A stretch of DNA of 64,000 nucleotides, from positions 226,424,001 to 226,488,000 of the forward strand of contig OZ024740.1 of assembly GCA_964016885.1 (NCBI GenBank). Direction: 5' to 3'. A model generated the notes under the pieces. It worked only from the letters and a program-made list of their open reading frames with translations, had not been told where the DNA came from and did no database searches. The DNA is from Eledone cirrhosa (taxonomy: Eukaryota). Shown here piece by piece: positions 1-13,344 of this stretch. Made by a program: the position numbers and the translations under genes. The stretch's first letter is position 1. Each line of letters opens with the position of its first letter.

Positions 1-589
1 AGTTTAATGAGTTTGAAAAAAAAATTTGCCATCTTTAATTAACAGACTCAATCAAAATAAATCAATATGACTCTCTTCTACTACTGCCACCTACACTCTC
101 TCTCTCACTCTCTCTCATCTCTCTGTCACCCATCACTCCAATTCTCTCATACTCTTCCATCATACCCTCATACTCTTCCCCCAATCACCCTGGCTTCGCT
201 TCTGTCATTACCTTTTCTTCAATCCACTCTCTGGGTCAGGTTGCCTTAATTGAATGGAGACAATGTATAGTAATGAATAGGTTCCAAAGCAAACTCACTA
301 ATGTTAGTGCCATGATAAAATACATACAATACATTCTTAAAGCGGTAACAATTAAACCAAAATATTGTAAGTTTTAAAAGACCCTTTAATCATGTTGAAG
401 GCATAAGAAACTCTCTATTGTTTGTGCCATTTACATTCTGTAAATTATTTAGTGCTTGGAAGAGCATCCAACTTTAGAAATCATGCCAAAAATGGAACTT
501 AACAGTGAGACCAATTCTCCAGCCATGACAACCTTTGCAACACATGGAAGCATGGAAAGTTGAAGTAAAATAATCTAAAGTCTAAAATC

Positions 590-874
590 TGTCTCAAGCC
601 AGAAGGCTCATTAGGCCAGTGCTTATCCTGGATTCATGGCATCTAGCAACTGAGAGTACAAGACTCCCCCCGGATAGGATGTCAGTCCATTGTCGTGTTA
701 AACCCCAGCTGTAGTTGCTAGTTTTCATTTTCAGCTAACTATATGTGAAGCAATATATGGAGCAATGTGAAATGAAGTGTTTTGCTCAAGAACACAACAC
801 ACAACCCAGCCAGGAATCAAACCCACAACATTATGATCATAAGTCCCACATCCTAACCACTAGGCCACATGCCT
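590..874 (-). mobile_element. Degenerate tRNA-derived CORE-type SINE
   Basis: The minus strand has a tRNA-like head (ggcatgtggcctagtggttagg...gggtttgattcc) followed by gtgttcttgagcaaaacacttcatttcacattgctcc, the core shared with younger copies at 55431-55769. Confidence 0.65.
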
Positions 875-2058
875 ACACAAAGCAGGTACAAGCATTACCA
901 TATATTGAAGTTAATTAATTTACTTTTAATTCCATCATATTTTCAAAGAGAAGAACATGTAATAAAATACATTTTATGGTAGAGGAAAAGTAGAAAATCT
1001 TGTTCTTTCTTGTTGAAGTGAATGGAAAACCAGATTTTTGACATGTAGCTGTGACAGAAGAATATTACATTTGAAGACATTATATAACCACCTGCTTCAA
1101 AATATGTTGAATAAAGTGGAAATTTCAGTGAAGTCAAATTTAAAGGGTTGGCAAAGTAATTTAAAAACCAGCAGCCAGTTTTTAAATATGTTCATCAAAT
1201 TGGTAATGTGACAGTTAAGGCCAAGTTACGAAATAACTGCACCATTGAAGTTGTTATCAAAAAGGAAATTCATAAAGAAATATATGTTACTGTCCATGGA
1301 AGATATTTGCCCTCCACTCTCTACCCAAAACATAGCTATGCTACTGATATTGTATTTAGGCATTGGACATATTCTATATGAAAAATGTTTGATAAATTGT
1401 GAATTTCAATACTACATATATTTCACACATGGCTTTGAAAATTTACATTTATCACAATGTCAATTTACAACTGAAATATGTGTGAAATATGTGTGAAAAC
1501 AGTATATTGGAGGAAGGCTCTGAACTGATGTGTGTGGAAAAGTGTACAACTTAAACAGAAGAGTGAATTTTTTGCCCTTTATGTTTGTGAAATAACTGTA
1601 AAAATGTTCTCAAGAGAAATATTACATGCATGATTCATAAAAATACATCGTAACACATATACCTTGAGGAGAAAAACACTCACACAAAAAAATGTCTTTC
1701 TTGTTTCAAACAAATTAATCGCTGTTAGGTGGTAATGTTTTAAAACATAAAAGACATTACAAAATTTAAAAGTCAAAATATGGTAAATGCATATATCAAA
1801 CAATTATATAAAAAATAAACTAAAAAATGGAAATAAAAACAAAATTACTGAGAGCGTAAATAGTGAAACTAGAAACAACAGAAAAAATTAGAAAAAAAAT
1901 AACAAATACAATAAGAACAGTGAATTACACTGAAAAAAAAACCCTAAACAGCAGTAACTGTAATATTGACAAGAAACTACATTACAATGGAATAGAGAAA
2001 ACAACTATGAGAGAAAATAAATAAACAGTGTGATAATTTTAAAAGACATGCTTATTGA

Positions 2059-2124
2059 TCAGCAGTGAATCTTGTCAAATGTGAATTCCAATGAATCAAC
2101 TGCAAGTTGGCCATTAAGGACATT
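2059..2124 (-). CDS. Candidate terminal exon of an unidentified host gene (NVLNGQLAVDSLEFTFDKIHC* if phase 0)
   Basis: Strong acceptor tctgttttcag; followed by about 1 kb of unique AT-rich, UTR-like sequence. No protein recognised. Confidence 0.25.
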   Translation of the reverse strand, partial: NVLNGQLAVDSLEFTFDKIHC

Positions 2125-2372
2125 CTGAAAACAGATGACAGCATCAACATAAATGGGATCAAATTGATAATTTATGTGTCTGTTATGGTACAAGGTGGAA
2201 AGTGGTCCAAACAACAACAACGAAAAGAAAAAGGAAAGCATTATTGAGAAAAAATTTAAAGAAATGTAAATACATTTTTTTTTAACCAATGTCCCATACA
2301 GATAAAACTGCACCACAGTCATTATGCTAATATGATTTTACTCCTTATTATGCAACTGGACAATAGATCTTA

Positions 2373-2407
<35 letters not shown>

Positions 2408-2418
2408 AATTATCATAC

Positions 2419-2480
2419 CAGACTGTTGCAAATAAATTTTGTCAAGATCAGCAAATGTGATTGTGGATGTATCCATTAAG
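2419..2480 (-). CDS. Candidate 62-nt exon (LMDTSTITFADLDKIYLQQS in its open frame)
   Basis: Bounded by ttgggattag| and |gtatga in non-repetitive DNA; the acceptor is weak. Confidence 0.2.
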
Positions 2481-2914
2481 CTAATCCCAACCACAAATGC
2501 AATTCATAAATAATGAAACTAGAGTATCAAGTTGTCAGTTCAGACATTCCAGATGATCCAAATGTTGATATTGATTTGTTGATAGAATTTGTGAATAGCA
2601 ATGAAGGATTCCACTTCAGTAAAAATCCAAATTCAATGCATTTGTTATACTGGCACAATTGATCAATTGAGAGGTTAGCAATTCGCATCATGTCATTAGT
2701 TCAGCATTATGTATGTGTCAATAAGAGTAATGGATTGGCAGAAGCATTTGAGTATTTGTAAGAAATGTTTTGCAATATTTGTTGACTTTGTACATCCTGA
2801 GTTCACATCCTGCAATGGTTAACTTTATATTTCATTGTCATGGGGTCAATAAATGTTGGAGATAAACGTTGTTCTAGAAGGCTAATCTCATCAACAAATG
2901 GATAAAATGTGGAA

Positions 2915-3062
2915 GTGGTGCTTGTGGGGATGACGCTCTTTGAAAGTTTGTTTCATTTTGAAATCTTACCTCTTGATAGAGTTGCCTCTCTTTAAGCTTG
3001 TGTTAAAGAATTAAATGTTTCGGTGGCAGATTTGTTGAGTTTTACACAAAATTTGATGTATT
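2915..3062 (-). pseudogene. Mariner transposase N-terminal HTH remnant
   Basis: Minus-strand translation IKFCVKLNKSATETFNSLTQA*REATLSR matches the mariner IKFCVKLGKSATET motif and has an in-frame stop. Confidence 0.7.
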
Positions 3063-3591
3063 AAAACAAATATAGGCATGTAGCCAAGGTCATAACCAAC
3101 ACATCTATATACATCAATGAGATGCTAGATTTTCATGTCGTTGTACATAGGAGGATCAGTACCCTTACTTTTGAGACAAATGTTATTTATCAATAAATAC
3201 CTCTAAATTCATAATCATTTTCAAAATTATTTGGAAACTATATGTAATCTCTTTTTTAGAAATATGTTGACAAAAGGGTTAAAGTGTTTATATTTATCTA
3301 AAAACCCACCATCATAATTTTATTTAAGAATGATGAAAAAAGTTAGTTATATTACGAATACTTCCATTATTCTTACATTCACTTTCCATGCATGCTTCAG
3401 CTGGATGACATTTTTTTAGGCTGCTTTCTTATGGCTGGAGGCTTTTTCTGATGCTAAAGCTTTTTCTGGTGCTTATCACTGACGTTTGTTGAATCAACAC
3501 ACTGGAGTTCATGAAGGACACAAATAAAATTCACTACTTTTCTTTTAAATGGTATTGATAGGAAGACCATCATTACAGCTCTCTCACACAT

Positions 3592-3661
<70 letters not shown>

Positions 3662-3665
<4 letters not shown>

Positions 3666-3720
3666 CGGTGCCCCAGCATGGCCTCAGCCGGATGGCTGAA
3701 ATAGGTAAAAGAGTAAAAGA

Positions 3721-3722
<2 letters not shown>
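3662..3722 (+). mobile_element. 60-bp retroposon 3' tail in (TA)n; second copy at about 12349-12406 (-)
   Basis: gggcggtgccccagcatggcctcagccggatggctgaaataggtaaaagagtaaaagag; its reverse complement recurs near 12350. Confidence 0.6.
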
Positions 3723-3810
<88 letters not shown>

Positions 3811-3879
3811 TCCTATATAGATACACATGATGGTCTTCCTTACAGCTTTCATCTACTAAATTCATTTATTAGCTCCTTC

Positions 3880-4846
3880 TATTGCACAGATGGCTCTATA
3901 GAAATAATGGACATTTTCCGTTACCTGGGTGACAAAATCAGCAGTGGGGGAGGGTGCTCTGAAAGTACAGTAGCCAGAGTCAGAACGGCATGGAAAAAGT
4001 TCAGAGAGCTTATACCGCTGTTGGCCGCTAAAGGGTTCTCTCTAAAAATGAAAGGCAGGCTGTATGATGCCTGTATACGAACAGCAATGTTACATGGCAG
4101 TGAGACATGAGCATTGCGTGCAGAGGACCTGTGCAGACTGGAAAGGAATGAAGCATGCATGCTCCGTTGGATGTGTAATAGTAATATACGTGAACGGCAA
4201 AGCATAAATGAACTAAGTGAGAAATTAGGAATAAGAGGGATCAGATGCTGTTTACTCGAGAGAAGACTACGTTGGTATGGTCACGTGATGCGCATGAAAG
4301 ACGACAGCTTTATACAAAAGTGCAGGGCGATCAAAATTGATGGTAGTTATGGAGTAGGTAGACCCAGAAAAACCTGGGACAATCTAATAAATTCCGACCT
4401 TACACACTTGCACCTCTCTAAGACAATGTCACTGGACCAAGATCTTTGGCGCTACGCAGTAATACAGAAGACCCGCCTTGCCTATGTACAAAGCGAAACC
4501 TACAGTCAGTAGGCACCTTTTAACCAAATATACACCCCAATCCACTACCCGTACCCTATCCTCCCTCTCCCACCAACACCACCCTCTCTCTGTAAAGTTG
4601 GTACCACAATATCCAGTCCAAATAAATGAGATAATGAGATCGAGATCGTGTAGGTGTCACGACAAGGAAAAAAAAAAAATTCCACGCTGTAATGTGGCCG
4701 TGTAGGTAACACGGTAAAAACCTGCCAGATAGTCCTATATGAGAGAGACACAGTCACCCGACCAACCTTGCCTCAAGTCGGACATCTCTCGTCTATCCCA
4801 TGCTAGCGTGGAAGATGGACGTTAAACGAAGATGATGATGATGATG
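3880..4846 (+). mobile_element. 5'-truncated RTE LINE (end of RT, 3'UTR, (GAT)n tail)
   Basis: FRYLGD...WKKFREL...RRLRWYGHVMRM...GRPRKTW with a premature stop at 4108-4110; gatgatgat tail. Confidence 0.9.
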
Positions 4847-4906
4847 AAGGCATTCATCAGCTAGATTTTTTTAACCATAGGGCCATGTCAACATCCTTCT
4901 CTCTCA

Positions 4907-4952
<46 letters not shown>

Positions 4953-5078
4953 ATATATATATATAAATATATATGGACAGATGAGCTCTGGCCATTTCGA
5001 CAACTAGATCCTACTACCCTAAGTATCGAGTACTCTGGTCCGTTATGGTCCACCTGGTTTCTTACCACACCTTTTTTG

Positions 5079-5119
<41 letters not shown>

Positions 5120-5228
5120 GTGGGTAATAATAAATATTACCCAATTACAAGTAAAATGAAAATAGCTCAATGTAAAATAACAAGTATACTACAGAGCTGA
5201 AATACAATGTATATATATATATATATAT

Positions 5229-6420
5229 ACATGAGGACAGTGCAAACTTTGTACAGAGGTGCTGTCAGTGGGGTCAGGGTAGGTATGGAGTTTAGTGAGG
5301 AATTGCAGATACAAGTAGGAGTACATAAAGGTTCGTTCCTCAGCCCGCTCTTGTTCATTATAGTCCTCCAGGCCATAACAGAGGAGTTTAAGACTGGCTG
5401 TCCATGGGAACTTCTCTATGCTGACGATCTGGTTCTTATAGCAGAATCAGTAGAGGAGCTAGAGAATAAATTCTGGCTATGAAACAGCAGTTGGAAGCAA
5501 GAGGACTGAGAGTGAACCTAGCTAAGAAAAAAGTGTTGATGAGTAGAAAAGAGGACAAAACCCTGATTCCGTCAGGGAAATGGCCATGTTCGATGTGCAG
5601 AGGGGGAGCTGGCATAAATTCTATAAAATGCACACAATGCAGATCCTGGGTACACAAGAGATGTAGCGGAATAGCAGGCAAACTAACATGTAGGGAGAAA
5701 TATGTATGCAGTAGATGTACAGGGAAATTTGACAGTAGAAGTCGCATTGATAGACATATTTTTCAAATGCAGGTGGGTGTTATAGAAGTGGTGGATAGCT
5801 TCTGGTACCTGGGAGATCAGATTAGCATGGGAGGAGGGTGTTCCGAGGCCATAGTATCTAGAATAAGGACGGGTTGGAAGAAGTTTAGGGAGCTGCTTCC
5901 TCTGCTGGCAAGGAGGGATTTCATCCCCCATACAAAAGGCTGGTTATATGATGCCTGTGTGAGGAGCACGATGCTGCATAGTAGTGAGACATGGGCAGCA
6001 ACTGCAGAGGATATGCGACGGCTGGAGAGAAATGACGCAAGAATGCTCCGTTGGATGTGCAGTGTCAATGTGCGTGAACGACCCAGCATGAATGTGTTGA
6101 GAGAGAAACTGTGTCTGAGAGGGATAGAATGTAGTGTACGAGAGAGGAGACTGAGGTGGTATGGACATGTGATGCGCATGGAGGATGACCGATGGTGAAG
6201 AAGTGCCAGGAAATGCCAGTTGAAGGAAGACGTGGTAGAGGTAGACCACGAAAAACATGGGTGGAGGTGGTGAGAACAGACCTCAGATCGCTGAAGTTCA
6301 CGGTGGAGATGATGAAGGACCATGACAAGTGGAGAGATGCTGTGCTGAATAAGACCCGTCCCACCCTTGCAAGCAGGGAAGAGCGGACATAAAATGATGA
6401 TGATGATGCTGATGATGATG
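5229..6420 (+). mobile_element. 5'-truncated RTE LINE, different subfamily
   Basis: GVHKGSFLSPLLF, LLYADDL, a C4HC3 finger and RRLRWYGHV; frameshift and stop; short 3'UTR with (GAT)n tail. Confidence 0.92.
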
Positions 6421-6432
6421 GTGTATATATAT

Positions 6433-6573
6433 ATCATCATCATCATTATGATTTTATGTCAGCTTCTTGCAAGGGTGGGACGGGTCTTATTCAGCACAGC
6501 ATCTCTCCATTCATCACAGTCCTTCGTCATCTCCTCCGTGAGGTTTAGCGATCTGAGATCAGCTCTCACCACC
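6433..6573 (-). mobile_element. Short RTE 3' end, tail-to-tail with the preceding copy
   Basis: Diverged reverse complement of about 6265-6375. Confidence 0.75.
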
Positions 6574-6650
6574 AGGAGGAGTATGAAACGTTCATAAATC
6601 AGCATTTAATGTATTAATGTATTTGATGACTATTTTAATATATATATATA

Positions 6651-7945
6651 CAGGGTGTGGACGATATTTGTTCGCAATTTTCAACTGCTAATTTTATGCA
6701 AATTTTTTTAACTTCCGTTGTCTTCATAAAAACAGTGACTATATTTCCATTATTTATTTTCAGAATAATTGATTATGAATAATTTTGAACCAAATTTGTG
6801 GAAGAGACACGGAGTTCTTGGAATCTGCGCCGGGAGGACAAATAAGGAAATTTCAGACTTTCTCAGCGTCACCAAGAGAATGGTGGAAAAGGTCAGAAAG
6901 GAATTAGAAGATTCAGGATTCGACTACGAAGCAACATCAGAAAGGAAAACACATGATCGATGATCTGACGCCTTCAGAACGCCCGATTTCGTCGCTGAAG
7001 TTCAGGATATCATCAACAATGAACAGAGCCGGTCAATGCGTGCCATTGCAAGGAAGAAAGGCGTGGATGAAAAGCTCATTAGGCTGGTGGTAGTGCATGA
7101 AGACATTCGCTACGTTTCATACAAGATGAGGAAAGGATAATTTCTGTCAAAGGCGATGCAAGAAAAGCGACTGAAGCACGCAAAGAAGCTGATCAACAAG
7201 TTGAAACACCCACTGGAGTCAGACATGATGAGGTTTTTCTCCGACAAGAAAAACTTCTGCCAAGACCAGAAGATCAGCTCCCAGAACAACTGGTGGCTCG
7301 CTGTCTCATTCAAAGACGTGCCCAGAGTCATGCAGACAAAGTTTCCAGCGACAACATTGGTCTTAGGTGTCGTCAGTAGTCAAGGTGACATCATGCCACC
7401 TCACTTCTTCTCTGAGGGCCTCAAGCTGAACACTGATGGCTACATCCGCATTCTGAGCGAGGTAGTAAAGCCCTGGATCAACCAGGTAGTTGCATGTAGG
7501 CCGTAAGTGTGGCAGCAAGACTCAGCGCCCTACCATACCAGCCGAAAGACCCAAGCCTGGCTGTCAGAGAACTTCGTCGACCACACTTCACCTGACATCT
7601 GGCCTCCCAGCTCGCTTGACTGCAACCCCTTCAACTTCTTTGTGTGGGGCACAGCGGAATGAGACATCAACAGATCTAGCTGCAATACGAAAGACGATCT
7701 GAAGGCCAGGATCACAAGTGCCTTTAGGGGCCTAAGTCGGGTGACAGTGACAAAGGCCTGTAGCCGGTTCCGAGGCCGCCTTGAGGCCGTCATTAAAGCC
7801 AATGACGGGTTTAATGAGTAAGATCAAAAGAACAAGTCATGAAGACAAACTGACCCAAGTTTGATAAATATATCTTAAAAAATAAAACTACTGTGTTGTT
7901 TTTTCCTCGACAGTAATCTTGCAAACAAATATCGTCCGCATCCTG
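6651..7945 (+). mobile_element. Full-length decayed Tc1/mariner element, maT (DD37D) family
   Basis: TIRs cagggtgtggacgatatttgttcgcaa / ttgcaaacaaatatcgtccgcatcctg with TA flanks. Transposase at about 6775-7821 has FFSD, QQDSAP and WPPSSLDCNPFN; 37 residues separate the second D from the third position (D>N); several stops. Confidence 0.9.
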
Positions 7946-7954
7946 TATATATCA

Positions 7955-8872
7955 CCAAACTCTGGGAGGGCTCTGTAGAAACAGTAGACAGCTTCTGCTA
8001 CCTAGGTGACCGAATCAGCAGCGGAGGTGGGTGTTCGGAAAGTACAATAACTAGGGTAAGAATGGGATGGAAGACGTTCAGGGAGCTACTGCCACTGCTA
8101 GCTGCAAAAGGCTTTTCCTTCAAAATGAAAGGCAGACTGTATGATGCGTGTATACAAACAGCAATGCTACATGGTAGTGAGACCTGGGTGCTGTCTGTAG
8201 AAGACTTGCACATATTAGAAAGAAATGAATCCTGCATTCTCCAATGGATGTGTAATAGTAATATATGAGAACGGCAAAGCAAAAACGAATTGAGAGAGAG
8301 CCTGAGCATAAGAGGAATCAAATGCTGTGTGCAGGAGAGGAGGTTGTGTTGGTATGGACATGTGATGCGCATGAAGGATGACAGCTGCATAAAAAGGTGC
8401 AGAGTACTAGAAATAGATGGAAGCCTTGGAGTGGGGAGACCCCAGAAAACCTGGGGTGAGGTGATAAAAGTTGACCTTATCCAATTGCACCTCTCAAGTG
8501 CGATGACACACGACCGTGACCTCTGGTGTCACGCAGTAATACAGAAGACTCGACTTCCCACGGGTACAAGCCGAAGCTGAAGCATATAGACAATATGCCC
8601 CCACCCTTCCCACTGCAAAGTGGTCGTGGAGGTGCCATGGCACAAAAGCTCCCTGTCCACACTGTAAAGTAGATGTGTAGGCGCCATGGAAAAAAAGCAC
8701 CCAGCACTCACTGTAAATTAGGTTGGTGTTCAGAAGGGCATCCAGCTGCAGAAATCAAGCCAGAATCAGTTCCCGTATGAGCAAGACAAGGTCAGCCGAC
8801 TGGTCACTGCCCACAACAGGACAACCCGTCTAACCCATGCTAGTGTGAAAGAACGGACTAAAACGGTGATGA
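7955..8872 (+). mobile_element. 5'-truncated RTE LINE
   Basis: WKTFRELLPLL...RRLCWYGHVMRM...GRPQKTW plus the family 3'UTR. Confidence 0.88.
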
Positions 8873-8891
8873 TATATGTATATATGTATAT

Positions 8892-9335
8892 ATAGTATAA
8901 AAAAACGAAAAATCAGTGATGCATCTGGACTCAGTTTATTGCGTGTTACAATTGTTTCGCCGGCGGGTAGCTCGAGACATGTTCACTGTATATATCACAT
9001 GCCATTGGCTGTTGTTTTTCTACCAGAAAAACAACAGCCAATGGCATGACAAGAGTGGAAGATGTTTTTTGAATGTGTTTTTTTATGATAACACCTCAGT
9101 GAGAAAATTTTCTCCGAAAAAATTGCAATTGTCCGAAGTAACCTGCAGCCATAGAATCAGCCAGATCCATACAGTGATCATGTCTGGAGCTACCTGCCGG
9201 TGAAACAATTGTAAACTGAGTCCAGATGCATCACTGATTTTTCTTTTTTTTATACTATTCATACTCTGCTCTGTAAGAATACTGAGTGCTAATTTTGGCA
9301 TACCGCCTATGGAAACACCATAGCTACCATTATAC
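8892..9335 (+). mobile_element. (TA)n-flanked fold-back cassette with a degenerate hammerhead (about 9130-9220)
   Basis: Inverted arms about 8892-8990 / 9169-9258; inner hairpin 9000-9046; ccgaagt...ggtGAAAcaattgTA; tail shared with 12075-12150. Confidence 0.55.
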
Positions 9336-9342
9336 ACACGTA

Positions 9343-9422
<80 letters not shown>

Positions 9423-9424
9423 TA

Positions 9425-9845
9425 AAATGAAAAAAACGGAGTTAAAGACTTGCGTTAATCCTCTGTAATTTTATGAGCTCAAGAAATAATTTTTCGGCTC
9501 TTCATAATACAGTATATAGAGAAGAAATCACAAAAAGGGGTATGTTTTCAGTTACAAGGAGTAGAGAACCACTGTAGTTAAGAATATATGATCTACAAAA
9601 AGTGGGGAAAATACATAATAATTAAAAGGTAAAATTAAGATGTAAAAACCCACCTTTATACAACACCTGGACAGTCTTAAAGTAGAGAATCTTTTGCCAT
9701 ACACATTGTCGGTACCATACCTTCTCATGGCTTGTCAACACGTCTAAAGAGATTTTGTAGATCCTAATTCTTGACTATATTGGTTCTCTACCCCTTGTAA
9801 CTGAAAACATACCCCATTTTGTGTTTTCTTCTCTATATACTGTAT

Positions 9846-9850
<5 letters not shown>
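9425..9850. repeat. (TA)n-flanked cassette with inverted arms 9505-9600 / 9753-9848
   Basis: Reverse-complement match read directly; its left end resembles 19190-19270. Confidence 0.65.
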
Positions 9851-9897
<47 letters not shown>

Positions 9898-10030
9898 CGT
9901 ATCCAATGCAGAGAGCAGCTCAAGCTCGTGGGCAAACTTTAATATAAGGCACAGTTTGAAACATTAATCCAGCCAATGAAATGTGTGTTCCTGTTATGTC
10001 TTCATTGTAGTACTGTTCTCAATAATGATA

Positions 10031-10221
10031 ATAATTGTTTCTACTTTAGGCACAAGGCCAGCAATTACCCAGTGTATTAGTGGTACTTTATTTTATCGAC
10101 CCCGTAAGGATGAACGGCAAAGTTAACCTCGGCGGGATTTGAACTCAGAATGGCAAGGGCCGTAACTCTATGCGTCAAAGCATGGCGTCCGACCCTCTAC
10201 CAATACTGCCAATCCACCGCC
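10031..10221 (-). mobile_element. tRNA-derived Meta-domain-type SINE (about 190 bp), the most abundant family here
   Basis: Head gggcggtggattggcagtatcggtagag, B-box gagttcaaatccc, core ctttcatccttacggggtcgataaaataaagtaccag, tail gaaacaattatt. Further copies start near 14735, 26912, 27869, 34544, 47856, 49549, 54283, 57221 and 61748. Confidence 0.9.
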
Positions 10222-10601
10222 AGATAATGATAATAATAGTAATAATATATGTGACTGTGCTCCAATTTGATCATTTTCAATATAGATTTGTTATACTCCC
10301 TTATTAGTTTTTTTTGCTTAGTTTCTAAATCTAAGTCTGTATTAATATTTTCATGGCTACTTTTCAGAATAAGAATATTTATACTAGTGGTGTATTGGTC
10401 ATATACGTAGCCTTGATTGTAAATATCAGGAAAGTTGTTAGAGATTGTGAACACCTAATTTAAAACATCACATAATTTTGGAGGCTCAAATAAAATACAA
10501 ATATAAACAAAAAAATTACACAAAGAGAAACCGATTATAATGACTGCCACACTTTGCTCTTGTTTACAATGGAACATGCTTGAAAGAAAGGTGGTACCAT
10601 A

Positions 10602-10696
<95 letters not shown>

Positions 10697-10778
10697 AGAT
10701 AAGCAGAACAAGCAAAATTCAAACAATTTTTTAAAATAAATTAAAAAATATAATTTAAATATTTACCTATTCCAATTA

Positions 10779-10857
10779 ATTTTACCGATCGGTTTCACTT
10801 CACAACAGATTGGAGATCCATGGGGACTTCCAATAGAAAAGTTTAGTTCATCAGAAA
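10779..10857 (-). ncRNA. Minimal type I hammerhead ribozyme motif
   Basis: Minus strand reads ttt-CTGATGA-act...attgga...tccaat...agt-GAAA-ccgatcgg-TA-aaa; stem III is palindromic, stem I is short. Confidence 0.7.
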
Positions 10858-11819
10858 GCATTTTCCTTTCCTAGGACTAAAAGTCCCAGGAACGGCAAAA
10901 TATATTGCCATCTGCCAGCTAGCACAGGATCGAATGGGGCCGAAAATTTGACCTGTACATGAACCAGTCCGTAGTATAAATAGCAGTTAAATAGAACAAC
11001 AGATTTGTATATATATATATATATATATATATTTATTAAAATAATAGATTAAAGTTTAAGCAAAGAATCGCTGCTTTCACCCTTAACGGGATCTTCTGAA
11101 ACTAACAAAGACAAAGTCAATCTGTAAACGCAGATGAGCCCTCTTTGGATTTTAGTCTTCAAATTTATTATTATTACTATATATATATATATATATATTG
11201 TTATACTTGGGGAGGGTCATATTTGTGTAATATTGCCAGAATTAATAACAGAACACACTCACTGTTTGGTTGGTTTTCGCTTCTCGCTGTCTTTTATATC
11301 TGTAATCTAACTTACTCAGTTCTCAATGTTGCCATTGACTGACCGACGGTCAAAAATAATACAGATACAATATAGACACAAACACATATATATAGTTTAT
11401 CATAGATCTTTCGTTGCACATCTGCAACATCGTCAGTTGTGTTATATTTTCCTCCTGTTGTGTTGTATGTCTACGCCATTTTTTATTCAGTCTGTCTATA
11501 TATTTATTTATTTATTTGCTTGTTTGTTTATTTTATTTTGTCTTCTTTGCGCATGCGTTTGCGTGTGTGTATAGTGTTATGTTTGCTGTGTGATGGGTGA
11601 CTAGTGTGTGTTTATGTGCTTGTTGTTATTGTGCTTGTGTATGTATTTATTTATCTTATTTTATTTACTTATTTAGACTTCTCTTAGGTCAGTGTTGTTT
11701 GCTTGGGTGTTGTTGTTATTCCATTCTGTTATTAATTCTGGCAATATTACACAAATATGACCCTCCCCAGTATAATAATATTTGTTTCGACACACGATTT
11801 CATATAAAAAACCTCGCAA

Positions 11820-11870
<51 letters not shown>

Positions 11871-12204
11871 CATATATAGAGAGAGAGAGAACCAGTGTTG
11901 CAACAAATGGAATTTATTGGACATATTACAATCATTTCTCTGGCGACCAGCTCGAGGCATGATCGATGTGATGATCGAACCTGACTCTGAAAATCGCAAG
12001 GTCCTCGGATACGTCTTGATTCTACGAAGCAGATTTTCCTAGATTTCCCAGATTTTCTTTTTTTCTGTGATACCATACTCTGCTCTATGAGAGCATCGAG
12101 TGCTCATATGGCCTACCGCATACGGACGCTTTAAGCATCCAACACCAATTATATATACATATATTCATTTTATTAAGGCTAAATAACTTTACTCTGGAGT
12201 TTTG

Positions 12205-12255
12205 ACTGTCTGATGACCCTGTGATAAACAGGTGAAACTCCAGAGTAAAGAAGAC
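12205..12255 (+). ncRNA. Minimal hammerhead motif in a fold-back cassette (about 12150-12340)
   Basis: CTGATGA-c-cctgt-gataa-acagg-t-GAAA-ctccagag-TA; its 3' half is inverted at 12186-12202; stem I is weak. Confidence 0.6.
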
Positions 12256-12654
12256 TCACTATCTAGCCTGAATAAAATGAATATTAAAACTCTACTTCTG
12301 TACTGAGTACTCTTTTCTCTCAGCCATCAACCACATATGGATATATACACTTTTACTCTTTTACCTGTTCCAGCCATCCAGTTGAAGCCATGCTGGGGCA
12401 CTGCCCTATATATATATATACACAAAAGGTGAAGTTTAGTATTTAATCAGTTCATTGTATATTTACAAATATATATGTAAATATTATCACTCCCTTGAGC
12501 CTCTTAATGAGAAAAGTATTATAAAGGTTGGTGGTGAACTGAGACATTTGTTTAAGTGTTAAGGCAACAAGCAGTGACATCCACTCAGCAACAGAAACAA
12601 CACCATACTTAACAAGAAGCTTAGACTTGCATTGAAAAAACTGAAAAATAATGA

Positions 12655-13140
12655 ATACATGGGACACGATGCGCAGTGTCTCATTCTCTGCCTCCAACAT
12701 TGTCCCTTTGGCCACAAACCTGAGATCTGCAGTGTGCAATGTGGAGGAAAGGAAGACTGTCACATAACAGTCTCCATTGAGACCTCTGGTGTCCTTGGAC
12801 CATGCACTGCTGATCTCCTCCGTGAATTCAGAAAGGCAATAATGGCTCATTTGACAAGAGTTGGTTGTTGCAGTGGGTGTCAGGCCATTCTCCACTGTAA
12901 TGTGTTTGCTGTATTGTCCACGTGGCATGGCTGATGCACCGCTCAGACTTAGGTATAGTGACTCTCCCTCCCCCTTTCATTTGTCACTTGATCCTTCTTT
13001 CTTTTTCTACATTTCATTTTCTTTTTCTTCTTTTTCTTTTCCCTTTAGTAATGTGTTATGTTTTTATTAGATACTGCTCCGTTACTTTTATATAATGTCA
13101 ACGATATTTCATGATGTGAGATTTTGTATATTGAATAAAT
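12655..13140 (+). mobile_element. CRE-clade (restriction-like endonuclease) LINE 3' remnant
   Basis: WDTMRSVSFSASNI...AVCNVEERK, then VSIETSGVLGPCTADLLREF...AILHCNVFAVLST, resembling the CRE WDAT/ETSGVxGP/IQRGN motifs; aataaa near 13134. Confidence 0.65.
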
Positions 13141-13144
13141 TGTA

Positions 13145-13300
13145 ATTCTGAAAAATGACAAGAGCAGTCAGTTTATTAGTGTAGACAAAGCAGAATACAT
13201 CACAAAACTAAACAATACGCTCCAGGATAACAACAAATTTAAGAGAATTATCAAAGACACCATTCTCCACTCAGAACTACTTTTAACAAACTAATTACTG
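13145..13300 (+). pseudogene. Penelope-like RT N-terminal (DKG region) remnant
   Basis: ILKNDKSSQFISVDKAEYITKLNNTLQDNNKFKRIIKDT. Confidence 0.55.
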
Positions 13301-13344
13301 CAGTTAACATATAAATAGGATGCATTCATTTCTAACATATTGAA

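Noticed and set aside
2965-3060. Strong minus-strand donor g|gtaag suggesting an exon
   Set aside because: Lies inside the mariner transposase remnant, which has an in-frame stop.
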